Assembly: GCA_016186325.1 (NCBI GenBank)
Contig: JACPLW010000010.1
Coordinates: 22,856-86,855 of the forward strand
DNA from: Parcubacteria group bacterium
Lineage (GTDB): Bacteria; Patescibacteriota; Minisyncoccia; UBA10092
Length of the DNA: 64,000 nt
Direction of reading: 5' to 3'
Made by a program: the position numbers and the translations under genes. The notes beneath the pieces were generated by a model that searched no databases, had not been told where the DNA came from, and was given only the letters and a program-made list of their open reading frames with translations. Positions 1 to 8,616 of the stretch are shown in pieces. How positions within the stretch are numbered: position 1 is the first letter of the stretch; each line of letters opens with the position of its first letter.

Positions 1-145
1 AAACCGTATCAACCAGATTTTAGCCAAACACACCGGCCAGCCGCTTAAAAAAATAGAAAAAGACACCGATCGGGATTTTTACATGACGCCGGAAGAAGCC
101 AAATCCTACGGCGTAATTGATAAAATAATAAAAACGGTAAAATAA
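1..145 (+). CDS. clpP: ATP-dependent Clp protease proteolytic subunit, 3' end (partial)
   Basis: Frame 2 translates [43 protein letters not shown], the typical ClpP C-terminus. Confidence 0.93.
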   Translation, partial: NRINQILAKHTGQPLKKIEKDTDRDFYMTPEEAKSYGVIDKIIKTVK

Positions 146-299
146 AAAAACAATAAAAATACTTTCCGAAGCTTATGAAAGCGTTTTAGTACGGTTTCAC
201 CCCGCAGTTGCGGGGTGAATAAAATACTTTCATCGGACAGCGAGTCCCGCGCTGGCGGGACGAGCGCGCGAGGAAAGTATTTTTATTGTTTTTTTATTT
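140..299 (+). repeat. Structured ~150-nt element, copy 1
   Basis: Perfect 28-bp terminal inverted repeat (140-167/272-299) enclosing TTATGA, GTACGGT+hairpin and GAGTCCCGC-GCTG-GCGGGACGA; homologous to 43727-43876. Confidence 0.85.
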
Positions 300-351
300 A
301 ATATTTAATTGTGGATAGTTTATTTTGCGGTTTTGTCATATAATTATCAGT

Positions 352-888
352 ATGCTTGATAAGGAATTTTTAAATGTTGATAAAGTAATTAACCAGTTTG
401 ATATTGAATCGAATGCGATTATTGCCGATTTTGGCGCGGGGCACGGATTTTTTACCATTGCTTTTGGAAAGATTGCGGCGCCTTCCGGCCAGGTTTTTGC
501 CGTAGACGTTTTACCACAGGCGCTTGAGGCTGTAAAATCAAAGGCACGGCTTGAGGGGCTTTTTAATATAAAAACAATACACGCCAATTTGGAGAAGCCG
601 AACGGTTCGACATTAGAAGGTGAAAGCTGTGATTTTGTTTTTATTGCCAATGTTTTGTTTCAGGTTCCGGATAAGCCAATGCTTTTAAATGAAGCGCGTC
701 GGATTTTAAAGCCTGACGGTCGGCTGGCTGTTATTGAATGGAAGCCGTTCACTTCAGTCGGGCCAAAGAAAGAATATCGCTTAACCGAAGAAGACTTAAG
801 GCAAATAATTTTGGCGGCCGGTTTTAATGAGATTAAAACAATTGATGCCGGCAGTCATCATTATGGGTTTATATTTAAAAAGATATAA
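352..888 (+). CDS. Class I SAM-dependent methyltransferase
   Basis: ADFGAGHG motif I, AVDV motif II, LKPDGRL; TATAAT just upstream of ATG 352. Confidence 0.85.
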   Translation: MLDKEFLNVDKVINQFDIESNAIIADFGAGHGFFTIAFGKIAAPSGQVFAVDVLPQALEAVKSKARLEGLFNIKTIHANLEKPNGSTLEGESCDFVFIANVLFQVPDKPMLLNEARRILKPDGRLAVIEWKPFTSVGPKKEYRLTEEDLRQIILAAGFNEIKTIDAGSHHYGFIFKKI

Positions 889-896
889 GCAATTTT

Positions 897-2216
897 ATGA
901 ATATAGGTAACTACCAAATAACCAGGGGCCAAATAGTGATTTTCGGTGCGGTTTTTATTATTGTCATCCTTCTTATTTTAGGGTTTATTGTCGGCTCAAA
1001 GCCGCCGGCACAGCAGGTAGTAAATCTGGAATTTTGGGGCCTATACGATGACGGCTATTCCATTTGGCAGCCGTTTTTTGATGCCTATCGCAGAGAAGGT
1101 AGTGCCAATGTTTTTATCAATTACACCAAAATGAATCCCGATACTTACGAACGTGATTTAATTGAGGCCCTGGCTAGCGGCAAGGCGCCCGATATTATAG
1201 CGTTTCATTCTTCCTGGCTTCCCAAGCATGGGAATAAGGTTTCTCCTGTTCCAGAGACTCTAATGACGCTAAGGCAGTTCCAAGAAACGTTTCCCGATGT
1301 TGCCGTTACGAACTTTATTTCTAAAAATCAGATTTATGCCATTCCGGTCTGGACCGACGTTTTAACAATGTTTTACAATAAAGATTTATTTAATACTGCG
1401 GTAATTGGCACGCCGCCCAAAACATGGGATGAGTTTATAAAAGTAATACAAAAACTTTCTGTAAAAGATAAATTCGGCAATTTTACAAAATCCGGAGCGG
1501 CACTCGGTACCGCGGATAATGTAAATAACGCCGCCGATATTTTAAGTTTGCTGATGCTTCAAATCGGCGCCAAGATGGTAAGCGACGATGGGCAAGGAGC
1601 GACTTTTGACCAGAGCGTTACGGTTAACGGTAATTTATTTCTTCCGGGAGAATCGGCGTTAAGATTTTATACCGATTTTGCTAATCCAAAATCCAGCGCC
1701 TACTCTTGGAATGACAAAATGCCGGATTCTTTTGAAGCTTTTATCACCGGGAAAACCGCCATTATTTTTGACTACGCGGTTAATATGCCGGAAATAAAAA
1801 AGAGGGCGCCGAATTTGCGCTTGGGCATAGCAGCAATGCCTCAGCCGGCCAATGCTTCAAGGGATGTTAATTACGCCAGCTACTGGGGCTATGCCGTGCC
1901 GCTGGCCTCAAAAAATTCTCAAGCCGCTTGGCAATTTCTCCTTTATTTGACCAGGAAAGATATAAATCAGTCATTTTCAAACGCAGTTCTGCGGCCGGCT
2001 TCAAGAAGAGATGTAATAAGCGAAGAACAAACATCCGCTGATTTGGGCATTTTTGCCGAAGAAATTCTTTCGGCAGTCAGCTGGTATCAAGTTGACCCAA
2101 TGGCAATTAAAAAAATCTTTAAAGATATGATAGATGCCGTTGTATTGAGCGGCGATAAGCCAGCCGATGCCTTAAGAGACGCGGCGAGCAAGGTAACGTT
2201 TTTGATGAGGAGGTAG
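897..2216 (+). CDS. Extracellular solute-binding protein (sugar ABC SBP family), membrane anchored
   Basis: N-terminal TM helix, ALASGKAPDI, FYNKDLF, PPKTWDEF motifs. Confidence 0.85.
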   Translation: MNIGNYQITRGQIVIFGAVFIIVILLILGFIVGSKPPAQQVVNLEFWGLYDDGYSIWQPFFDAYRREGSANVFINYTKMNPDTYERDLIEALASGKAPDIIAFHSSWLPKHGNKVSPVPETLMTLRQFQETFPDVAVTNFISKNQIYAIPVWTDVLTMFYNKDLFNTAVIGTPPKTWDEFIKVIQKLSVKDKFGNFTKSGAALGTADNVNNAADILSLLMLQIGAKMVSDDGQGATFDQSVTVNGNLFLPGESALRFYTDFANPKSSAYSWNDKMPDSFEAFITGKTAIIFDYAVNMPEIKKRAPNLRLGIAAMPQPANASRDVNYASYWGYAVPLASKNSQAAWQFLLYLTRKDINQSFSNAVLRPASRRDVISEEQTSADLGIFAEEILSAVSWYQVDPMAIKKIFKDMIDAVVLSGDKPADALRDAASKVTFLMRR

Positions 2217-2253
2217 TGCAAATTTCTAATTTCTAATTTCTAAACAAATCCCA

Positions 2254-2748
2254 ATGTCTAAATTGAAAAATCTAAAATTGTTTGCCGTTCTTTTTCTTTT
2301 TGCCATCGCGATAGCTGTGCCGGCGCAGGCGCAGGTTATCGGTAATCTTGATTTTCTCAAGGGTATTGTGCCTTGTGGGACTTCTTATACTGGCAATACT
2401 CCATGTACGGTTTGCCATTTTTACAAACTGCTTCAGAATATCATCAACTTCATGCTTTATGTAACGGCGTCGCTTGTCACGCTGATGGCGGTTTATATCG
2501 CTTTTCTTTTCCTTTTTTCCGGAGGGTCGCCATCAAAAATTACGGATGCTAAAAGCAAGTTATGGCTTCTCGTTTGGGGCACCGTTGTTGTTTTGGGTTC
2601 CTGGCTATTGATAAATACCGTTTTAAACTTTGTGGTTAATCCGCAGGTGTTTCCCATGCCCTGGAATCAAATTAGTTGTGAGATTAGCCAATTACCAAGT
2701 AGAGAAAACTTTGTGTCGCCATTGCCTGTTAATAACTATTACTTGTAA
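2254..2748 (+). CDS. CPR pilin-like protein (TrbC/VirB2-like)
   Basis: Signal-like N-terminus, VPC..C..C motif, two TM helices joined by SGGS...AK. Confidence 0.7.
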   Translation: MSKLKNLKLFAVLFLFAIAIAVPAQAQVIGNLDFLKGIVPCGTSYTGNTPCTVCHFYKLLQNIINFMLYVTASLVTLMAVYIAFLFLFSGGSPSKITDAKSKLWLLVWGTVVVLGSWLLINTVLNFVVNPQVFPMPWNQISCEISQLPSRENFVSPLPVNNYYL

Positions 2749-2786
2749 TTATCCAGATAGTGTGCTATAATGGACCCTATAGACAT

Positions 2787-3125
2787 ATGAAGCGGATTCT
2801 TATTTCATTCTTTTTGTTTTTTTACTTTATGGTTGCTATCGTTACGGTATCGGCTCAAACAATTAGTATTCCCAATCCTCTGGTATCCGGCGACATCCCG
2901 ACTTTAATTGATAAAATCGCCTCCTGGCTTTTGGGAATAGGGACGGTCTTGGCGACTATCGTGATTTTATGGGCGGCCTTTCTCTTTATGACTTCCGGCG
3001 GGAACAAAGACAAGGTGACTCAAGCCAGACAGACATTGTGGTACGCGGTAATCGGCCTTACGGTTTTACTTTTAGCTAAAGGCGCGACACTGTTTATTCA
3101 AAATACTTTAAGCGGTAATTTCTAA
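2787..3125 (+). CDS. CPR pilin-like protein (TrbC/VirB2-like)
   Basis: IPNPL after the signal peptide, FMTSGGNKDKVTQARQTLWYAVIG. Confidence 0.75.
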   Translation: MKRILISFFLFFYFMVAIVTVSAQTISIPNPLVSGDIPTLIDKIASWLLGIGTVLATIVILWAAFLFMTSGGNKDKVTQARQTLWYAVIGLTVLLLAKGATLFIQNTLSGNF

Positions 3126-3202
3126 CCCATTCGACAAGCTCGGGGTTATACTGTAAAATCGAAGTATAAATTAAAAAATTATTAAAATTAAAGTAATATA
3201 TT

Positions 3203-3553
3203 ATGAAAGAAAAATTTTTTAAGGGAGCGATCGTTGGCGTCGGTTTGGGCATGGCTTTATTGCCGTTTCTAGCGTTAGCAGCTACAGTGCTGCCGGGACC
3301 GATTATAACCAACCCCACACAGATTTCTGTATTGATTCAAAAAATTCTTAGTTGGATAGCCGGTATTATAATGGTGATTGCCGTGATTATGCTGCTTTTT
3401 TCGGCAATTTTGTACTTAACGGCCGGTGGCAGCGAAGATAGAGTTGGAAAAGCCAAAAGCTATTTGCTTTACGCTATTGTTGGCATTGTGGTGGCGCTTC
3501 TCACTTTCTCGGTTCAGCCATTTATTACTGCTGTTTTAGAGGGAAGGTTTTAA
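3203..3553 (+). CDS. CPR pilin-like protein (TrbC/VirB2-like)
   Basis: YLTAGGSEDRVGKAKSYLLYAIVG motif, two TM helices. Confidence 0.75.
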   Translation: MKEKFFKGAIVGVGLGMALLPFLALAATVLPGPIITNPTQISVLIQKILSWIAGIIMVIAVIMLLFSAILYLTAGGSEDRVGKAKSYLLYAIVGIVVALLTFSVQPFITAVLEGRF

Positions 3554-3625
3554 TCAAGGCAGACAAAAACCAACCCCGCCCCGAGCTTTGTCGAGGGGCG
3601 GGGTTTTGTTATCCCCATTTTGTCC

Positions 3626-3660
3626 CCAAAACTATTGATGTCGGACATCAATAGTTTTGG
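3626..3660. repeat. 35-bp perfect palindrome with single-nt centre
   Basis: CCAAAACTATTGATGTC-G-GACATCAATAGTTTTGG; core recurs in tsaD at 9559-9580. Confidence 0.8.
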
Positions 3661-3706
3661 TGGGTTTACAAAACAGCAGAAAATGGTATAATTTTACTCT
3701 AAATAT

Positions 3707-3787
3707 GCGCCCGTGGTGAAATGGCAGACACGCTAGCTTTAGGAGCTAGTGCCGAAAGGCGTAGAGGTTCAAATCCTCTCGGGCGCA
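3707..3787 (+). tRNA. tRNA-Leu(TAG)
   Basis: Cloverleaf GCGCCCG/CGGGCGC, anticodon arm CTAGC-TTTAGGA-GCTAG, long variable arm, GGTTCAAATCC. Confidence 0.95.
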
Positions 3788-3973
3788 CTTTCATCGTCTC
3801 GTTGCCTGTATAGAGAAATGGAACTTTTTGTTGGTGAAAAATTAAATCTTCTGAAAAAGAAACAGGTTTTGAGGTGGTTGAAGAGAGGTTCTAATTAGCT
3901 ATTGCAAAACCAAATTTGTTATGGGACATTAGAATAAGTTTGGGCTCTTTTGAAAATCAAGAAAGGATAAGGG

Positions 3974-4825
3974 ATGTGGATAATAATTCTCATTCTGTTA
4001 CTTTTGGGAGGTTGTACGGTGGGTAAAACTCAGGACCTTTTTGAGGGAGAGTTTGTGATCAAATCCGATGGTATCTATACCTATGCTCATTATTACGGAC
4101 GCCCGGAAAGTAAACGAAGCGTCGTAATCGTAGGCATGAACCACGGCGGCGATAAGGAATACTTTGAGCAAATAGTAAAGCTTCTTGCAGATGTAGAGAT
4201 TGTGTTGTATGAGGGTTTACCGCCCGAACAAGAAGAAACAGCTGAGGAAATTGAAAAAGAGGAACAGGAAGATTTGCTGAATCTTGCGAGTGAAGATGTA
4301 GACGAGGCATTCTATGCTGCTATAAGGAGTTATTTCCGAAAAGCCCATAAGTTTTTACGGCTAGTTGGGGAGGGCAGTGCCTTTGATTATTCAAAGACCG
4401 GTTGGGAGTCTGGAGATGCGGAGTTTTTCGTGAGACTGAAAAATGATGAAAAATTGCAGAAATTTATGGCGGAACGCAGGAATGATCTTGCTCAGTTAAC
4501 ACCAGAGCGGAAAAGAGAAGTGGTAGAATTTGTCAGGAAAGCTTTGAAAAGCATTGAGAGTGGGCAGTTCACAAAAAAGGATTTTGGTGATGGCTTTGTT
4601 TTTTTCTGGTCTGATCAGAAACTCGCGAGCATATTCCTTGATGCGCTTGGCAAACCACGCGACGAGATTGTAATGGAACATTTTGACAGGATCATAAGCG
4701 AGAAAAATCCACACACCATTGGAATTAAGTTTGGAGCGGCACACATCGCTTATCAAAGGAAGTTGTTAGAACAGCACGGATACATCCTGAAGCGTTCGGT
4801 CGAACTAAAAAACATTGCTTTTTGA
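3974..4825 (+). CDS. Hypothetical lipoprotein, possibly TraB/GumN-like
   Basis: Lipobox LLGGC, SD-like AAGGA, C-terminal RD...FGAAH; family is tentative. Confidence 0.6.
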   Translation: MWIIILILLLLGGCTVGKTQDLFEGEFVIKSDGIYTYAHYYGRPESKRSVVIVGMNHGGDKEYFEQIVKLLADVEIVLYEGLPPEQEETAEEIEKEEQEDLLNLASEDVDEAFYAAIRSYFRKAHKFLRLVGEGSAFDYSKTGWESGDAEFFVRLKNDEKLQKFMAERRNDLAQLTPERKREVVEFVRKALKSIESGQFTKKDFGDGFVFFWSDQKLASIFLDALGKPRDEIVMEHFDRIISEKNPHTIGIKFGAAHIAYQRKLLEQHGYILKRSVELKNIAF

Positions 4826-4900
4826 GAACGGCACTGCCCGTTCTTTTCTTTTTTATGAATGAGCTTTATGTATGTAGTGCGCATCCCGCCATAGCGGGAC

Positions 4901-4937
4901 GCCGCAAGGCATGGGAGTTCAAATCTCCCCCCGAGCA
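4901..4937 (+). pseudogene. 3' remnant of a long-variable-arm tRNA (Leu-like)
   Basis: GCCGCAAGGC variable arm, GGGAGTTCAAATCTCCC T arm, CCCGAGC-A; no 5' half upstream. Confidence 0.7.
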
Positions 4938-4943
4938 CAAAAT

Positions 4944-5017
4944 AAGAATAACCCCGCAGCTCCGACGCATACTGGTCGGAGCCCCGACTACAACGTCGGG
5001 GCTGCGGGGTTATTCTT
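4944..5017. repeat. Double-hairpin palindrome (family A) within a 17-bp inverted repeat
   Basis: AAGAATAACCCCGCAGC...GCTGCGGGGTTATTCTT enclosing TCCGACGC..GTCGGAGCCCCGAC..CGTCGGG. Confidence 0.75.
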
Positions 5018-5468
5018 CATGGTGTTTTATTTCTATCTTTTTGGTTTTGGTTCTTTCTGATTTCGGGAGTTTTATAGTGAGTACGCCGTTTTTCAGAGTA
5101 GCAATTGATTTATCGGTTTGAACGTCAACCGGCAGAATTATTGAACGGGAAAACGGTCCCCAATAACATTCCTGATAAAAATAATCATCTTTGATTACAG
5201 ACTCCTCTATTTCCCGCCGACCGCGAACGGTCACCATATCATTAGTAATAGCAATGTCTAAATTTTCCGGTTTGACTCCGGCAATGGTGGACTTTATTAC
5301 AATATCGGCGGGCGTCTGATAAACATCAATAGAGAGCTGTCCCTCTGTTTCGCCCGATTCCCAATTATTGATTTTTTCCATCTCTTCTTTTTCTTTCATA
5401 ATTTTCTTTTCGTTTTGGCCGTTATCAGAGGCATTTATCGGACCGATTAATTTTTCTAAAAAAGACAT
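5010..5468 (-). CDS. Small heat shock protein Hsp20
   Basis: IDVYQT, YQECYWGPFSRSIILP, ATLKNGVLTIKLPK. Confidence 0.92.
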   Translation of the reverse strand: MSFLEKLIGPINASDNGQNEKKIMKEKEEMEKINNWESGETEGQLSIDVYQTPADIVIKSTIAGVKPENLDIAITNDMVTVRGRREIEESVIKDDYFYQECYWGPFSRSIILPVDVQTDKSIATLKNGVLTIKLPKSERTKTKKIEIKHHEE

Positions 5469-5570
5469 AATGCTAAAAGTTTCTCTCGCTTTGCGAGATC
5501 TGGCGAAGCCAGATAAATCCTAATTCCTAATTTCTAAACTAATTATACTTTCTGTTCGGCCGCCGCGTCA

Positions 5571-5674
5571 ACCCCGTTAGAAGTTTATTTTCAAAAACAT
5601 TAAATATTTTAATGTTTTATCAGTTTTAACTGAATCAACTCTATTTTAATTATCTGTTAGATTTCTAACGGGGT
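5571..5674. repeat. MITE-like unit with ACCCCGTTAGAA terminal inverted repeats
   Basis: ACCCCGTTAGAA (5571-5582) / TTCTAACGGGGT (5663-5674); the same end recurs at 62705-62716. Confidence 0.55.
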
Positions 5675-6410
5675 CAACTGTTATTTGTTGATAAGTTTTA
5701 TAGTGCTTGAGGCGATGGAAAAGATAGATAACTAAAGCCGCGGCACCGCCCAAGGTAATACCGGTTAAAAATACGCGCAAAAAATCATTCTCATTAGTTA
5801 TGAGAAAATTGTAAATGCCATGAAGAATTACAGCACTAAAGAGTCCAACAAGAATTAAGCGCGCGTCTTTTTTTACGAAATAATAGACAGCGAAAAAGTA
5901 TCCCGCAATCCCGGATGCCAAGCCGTGCAATGCTACGGCACTTATAAATCGTAAAGATACAAAATTAAGGGTTTCGCTTACGTAGCCGGGCGTGCCAAGC
6001 GGTATGTATGAAAAAATAGCAAAAACATTTTCTATTGCCGCAAAGCCTAAAGCGGCGGTAATGACGTAAATCATGCCATCAACCGGCTCGTCTAAAATCG
6101 GATTTTTGTTTAAAGCAAGATGAACCGCGCCGTATTTTGACGCCTCTTCTACTAGCGGCGCGATAAAAATCAAAAGCAGGATGCTTTCTATAGCAGGCAA
6201 CAACTCAAAGTAACCGAAAAATCTCGACAGAACCATTTCAAGAAAAATTACAAGCGGCGCCAAAGCGACGCCCATTAAAAATATTGTAAAAAGCCAATAT
6301 CGCGGCTCCGGGTGGTCGTCTTCCCTAAGATAAAAAAGTAGCCAAATCAAACTGGGAAGAACGGCTAGAATTATCGTTGGTATTAATGCGGACGGTTCTT
6401 GATTAAGCAT
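5646..6410 (-). CDS. prsW: PrsW family intramembrane metalloprotease
   Basis: HPEP, APLVEEASK, ALGFAAIEN, LHG motifs, multiple TM helices. Confidence 0.88.
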   Translation of the reverse strand: MLNQEPSALIPTIILAVLPSLIWLLFYLREDDHPEPRYWLFTIFLMGVALAPLVIFLEMVLSRFFGYFELLPAIESILLLIFIAPLVEEASKYGAVHLALNKNPILDEPVDGMIYVITAALGFAAIENVFAIFSYIPLGTPGYVSETLNFVSLRFISAVALHGLASGIAGYFFAVYYFVKKDARLILVGLFSAVILHGIYNFLITNENDFLRVFLTGITLGGAAALVIYLFHRLKHYKTYQQITVDPVRNLTDN

Positions 6411-6411
6411 T

Positions 6412-8616
6412 TTATTTCGGCCATTCTTCAATCATAATCGGTTTTCCCCGACGCTTTCGGTCGGGGCTCCGACCCCCGCTTTGCGGGGCGTCGGAGTTAT
6501 TCAATATTCCCCAAATTTCTTCGGTTAAAAAAGGAAGAAAGGGGTGGAGCAGTTTCAATAAATCTTCGTGGACTTTTATAAGGACTTCTTGAGTTTGCTG
6601 TCTTGCTTTTTCATCGGCAAGCTCCGACGCTTTGGTCGGAGCTCCGACTTCTTCAGAACGTCGGAGCTGTTTTTTTGCGGTTTCAATATAAATATCGGCG
6701 TATTCGTGCCAGAAAAAATCGTAAAGTTTATGAAGTGCCTGTCCAAACTCGTACTTTTCTATCCTGTTGCCGACTTCAACAATTGTTTTTTTGAGACCAC
6801 TTAAAATTTTCTTATCCGCTTCAGTTAAATTTTGATTTTTGCTTGCCCGCCGAAGCCTTGGCGTAGGCGGGATTTTTGAATTCACGTTTTGTTTTACAAA
6901 ACGCGTGGCGTTCCATATCTTATTACAGAATTTTTTGCCGGTTAACATCGCATCTTCATTAAACCGAATGTCCTGACTGCCGAGATTTTGGTACATCATA
7001 CCGAAGCGAGTAGCGTCAGCACCGTATTTTTCAATTAAATCAATCGGGTCAACACCGGTACCTCGAGATTTAGACATTATTTTACCTTCTTTATTAAGAA
7101 CCGTAGCGTGAATGTGTGTGGTGTTAAAAGGTGATTGGCCTGTAAATTCCAATCCTGAAAAAATCATTTTGGCAATCCAAATATCTCGAATATCTCTTGC
7201 TGAAGTAATAAAGTCGGTAGGATGGTATTTTTTAAGGTCGTTTGTTTTGTTGGGCCAGCCAAGTGTCGCAAAAGGCCAAAGCGCCGAAGAAAACCAAGTA
7301 TCCAAAACATCGGTTTCTCCCTCTAAAGGAATTTTGTGACCCCACCAAAGTTGGCGGGAAATATTCCAGTCCCTTTCATTTTTAAGGCGATTTAATAAAA
7401 CTTTCTCCCATTTTTGCGGGTGAATAATTGTTTTTTTCTTTTTTATTGCGTCAATTGCCAGTTTGGCAAGCTTTTCCATTTTCAAAAACCATTGCTCGGA
7501 CGGCAGAGGTTCAATGACCGAGTTACAGCGGTCGCAGCGGGCGATATTGTGCTCGTAATCTTCTATTTTTTCAATTAACCCGATGGCTTCAAGGTCTTTA
7601 ACTATTTGTTCGCGCGCTTCAGTCACTTTCATTCCCTTATAGCGCAAGCCGGCGTTCTCGTTCATTCGGCCGTGTTCATCAATTATAGTGATTGAAGGTA
7701 AGTTATGACGTTCCGCGATTTCAAAATCCGTTATATCGTGCGCCGGCGTAACCTTAATAATGCCGGTTCCAAATTCCGGGTCCACAGATTTATCTGCTAT
7801 TACCTTTATTTTAATTTTTTTGGTTTTAGCCGGCTGATTATTCGGCAAATCGTTGTCTATAGATTCTATCTCCAAATCTTTTCCCCAGTATTTTTTGTAA
7901 CGTTTGTCATTAGGGTGTACCGCTAAGGCAGTGTCGCCAAGTTTAGTTTCCGGTCTAGTCGTGGCGAGGGTGAGCGGTCCGTATTTGATAAAATAAAGTT
8001 TTGCGTGCTCCGGTATGTAGTCAACCTCTAGATCAGAGATTCCCGTGGCGCAGCGGACGCACCAATTAATAACGCGCTTGCCGCGATAAATCCAACCTTT
8101 TTTATAATAATGATTAAATGCTTCCACGACGGCTTTGGAGTAATCAGAATCCATAGTATATCTGGTTCGTGACCAGTCCGAGGATATGCCCAGCAATTTT
8201 AATTGGTCAAAAATAATATTGCCGTATTTTTCTTTCCACTCTTTAACTTTCTCAACAAATTTTTCCTGGCCTAGATCTTGGCGGCGCAAACCTTCTTTGC
8301 GAAGTTCTTTTTCAACAACATTTTGGGCAGAAATGCCGGCGTGGTCTATGCCCGGAAGCCAGAGCGTTTTAAAGCCCTTCATTCTTTTCATTCTCACCAA
8401 AATATCAACCTCGGTATTTTCCAAGACGTGGCCCATATGGAGCGAGCCGGTGATATTTGGCGGCGCCATCATCACCGAAAATTTCTTTTTTCTTTTTACG
8501 GCTTGCCCCGAAGAAGGCGGCGGCAGTTTATCAGGATTAAAAAAGCCCGATTCTTCCCAGAGCCGGTAAATTTTATCTTCAACTTCTTTTGGGTTATACG
8601 GAGAATCAAAGTTCAT
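6412..8616 (-). CDS. valS: Valine--tRNA ligase (compact form with palindromic insertions)
   Basis: PPNITGSLHMGH, DHAGI, WNISRQLWWGH, DVLDTWFSS, IMSKS. Confidence 0.96.
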   Translation of the reverse strand: MNFDSPYNPKEVEDKIYRLWEESGFFNPDKLPPPSSGQAVKRKKKFSVMMAPPNITGSLHMGHVLENTEVDILVRMKRMKGFKTLWLPGIDHAGISAQNVVEKELRKEGLRRQDLGQEKFVEKVKEWKEKYGNIIFDQLKLLGISSDWSRTRYTMDSDYSKAVVEAFNHYYKKGWIYRGKRVINWCVRCATGISDLEVDYIPEHAKLYFIKYGPLTLATTRPETKLGDTALAVHPNDKRYKKYWGKDLEIESIDNDLPNNQPAKTKKIKIKVIADKSVDPEFGTGIIKVTPAHDITDFEIAERHNLPSITIIDEHGRMNENAGLRYKGMKVTEAREQIVKDLEAIGLIEKIEDYEHNIARCDRCNSVIEPLPSEQWFLKMEKLAKLAIDAIKKKKTIIHPQKWEKVLLNRLKNERDWNISRQLWWGHKIPLEGETDVLDTWFSSALWPFATLGWPNKTNDLKKYHPTDFITSARDIRDIWIAKMIFSGLEFTGQSPFNTTHIHATVLNKEGKIMSKSRGTGVDPIDLIEKYGADATRFGMMYQNLGSQDIRFNEDAMLTGKKFCNKIWNATRFVKQNVNSKIPPTPRLRRASKNQNLTEADKKILSGLKKTIVEVGNRIEKYEFGQALHKLYDFFWHEYADIYIETAKKQLRRSEEVGAPTKASELADEKARQQTQEVLIKVHEDLLKLLHPFLPFLTEEIWGILNNSDAPQSGGRSPDRKRRGKPIMIEEWPK

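Noticed and set aside
232-270. GAGTCCCGC..GCGGGACGA resembles hammerhead ribozyme stem II
   Set aside because: The CUGAUGA and GAAA core residues are not intact (CAGCGA/CAGTGA; GAGC/GAAC), so it is not a canonical hammerhead.
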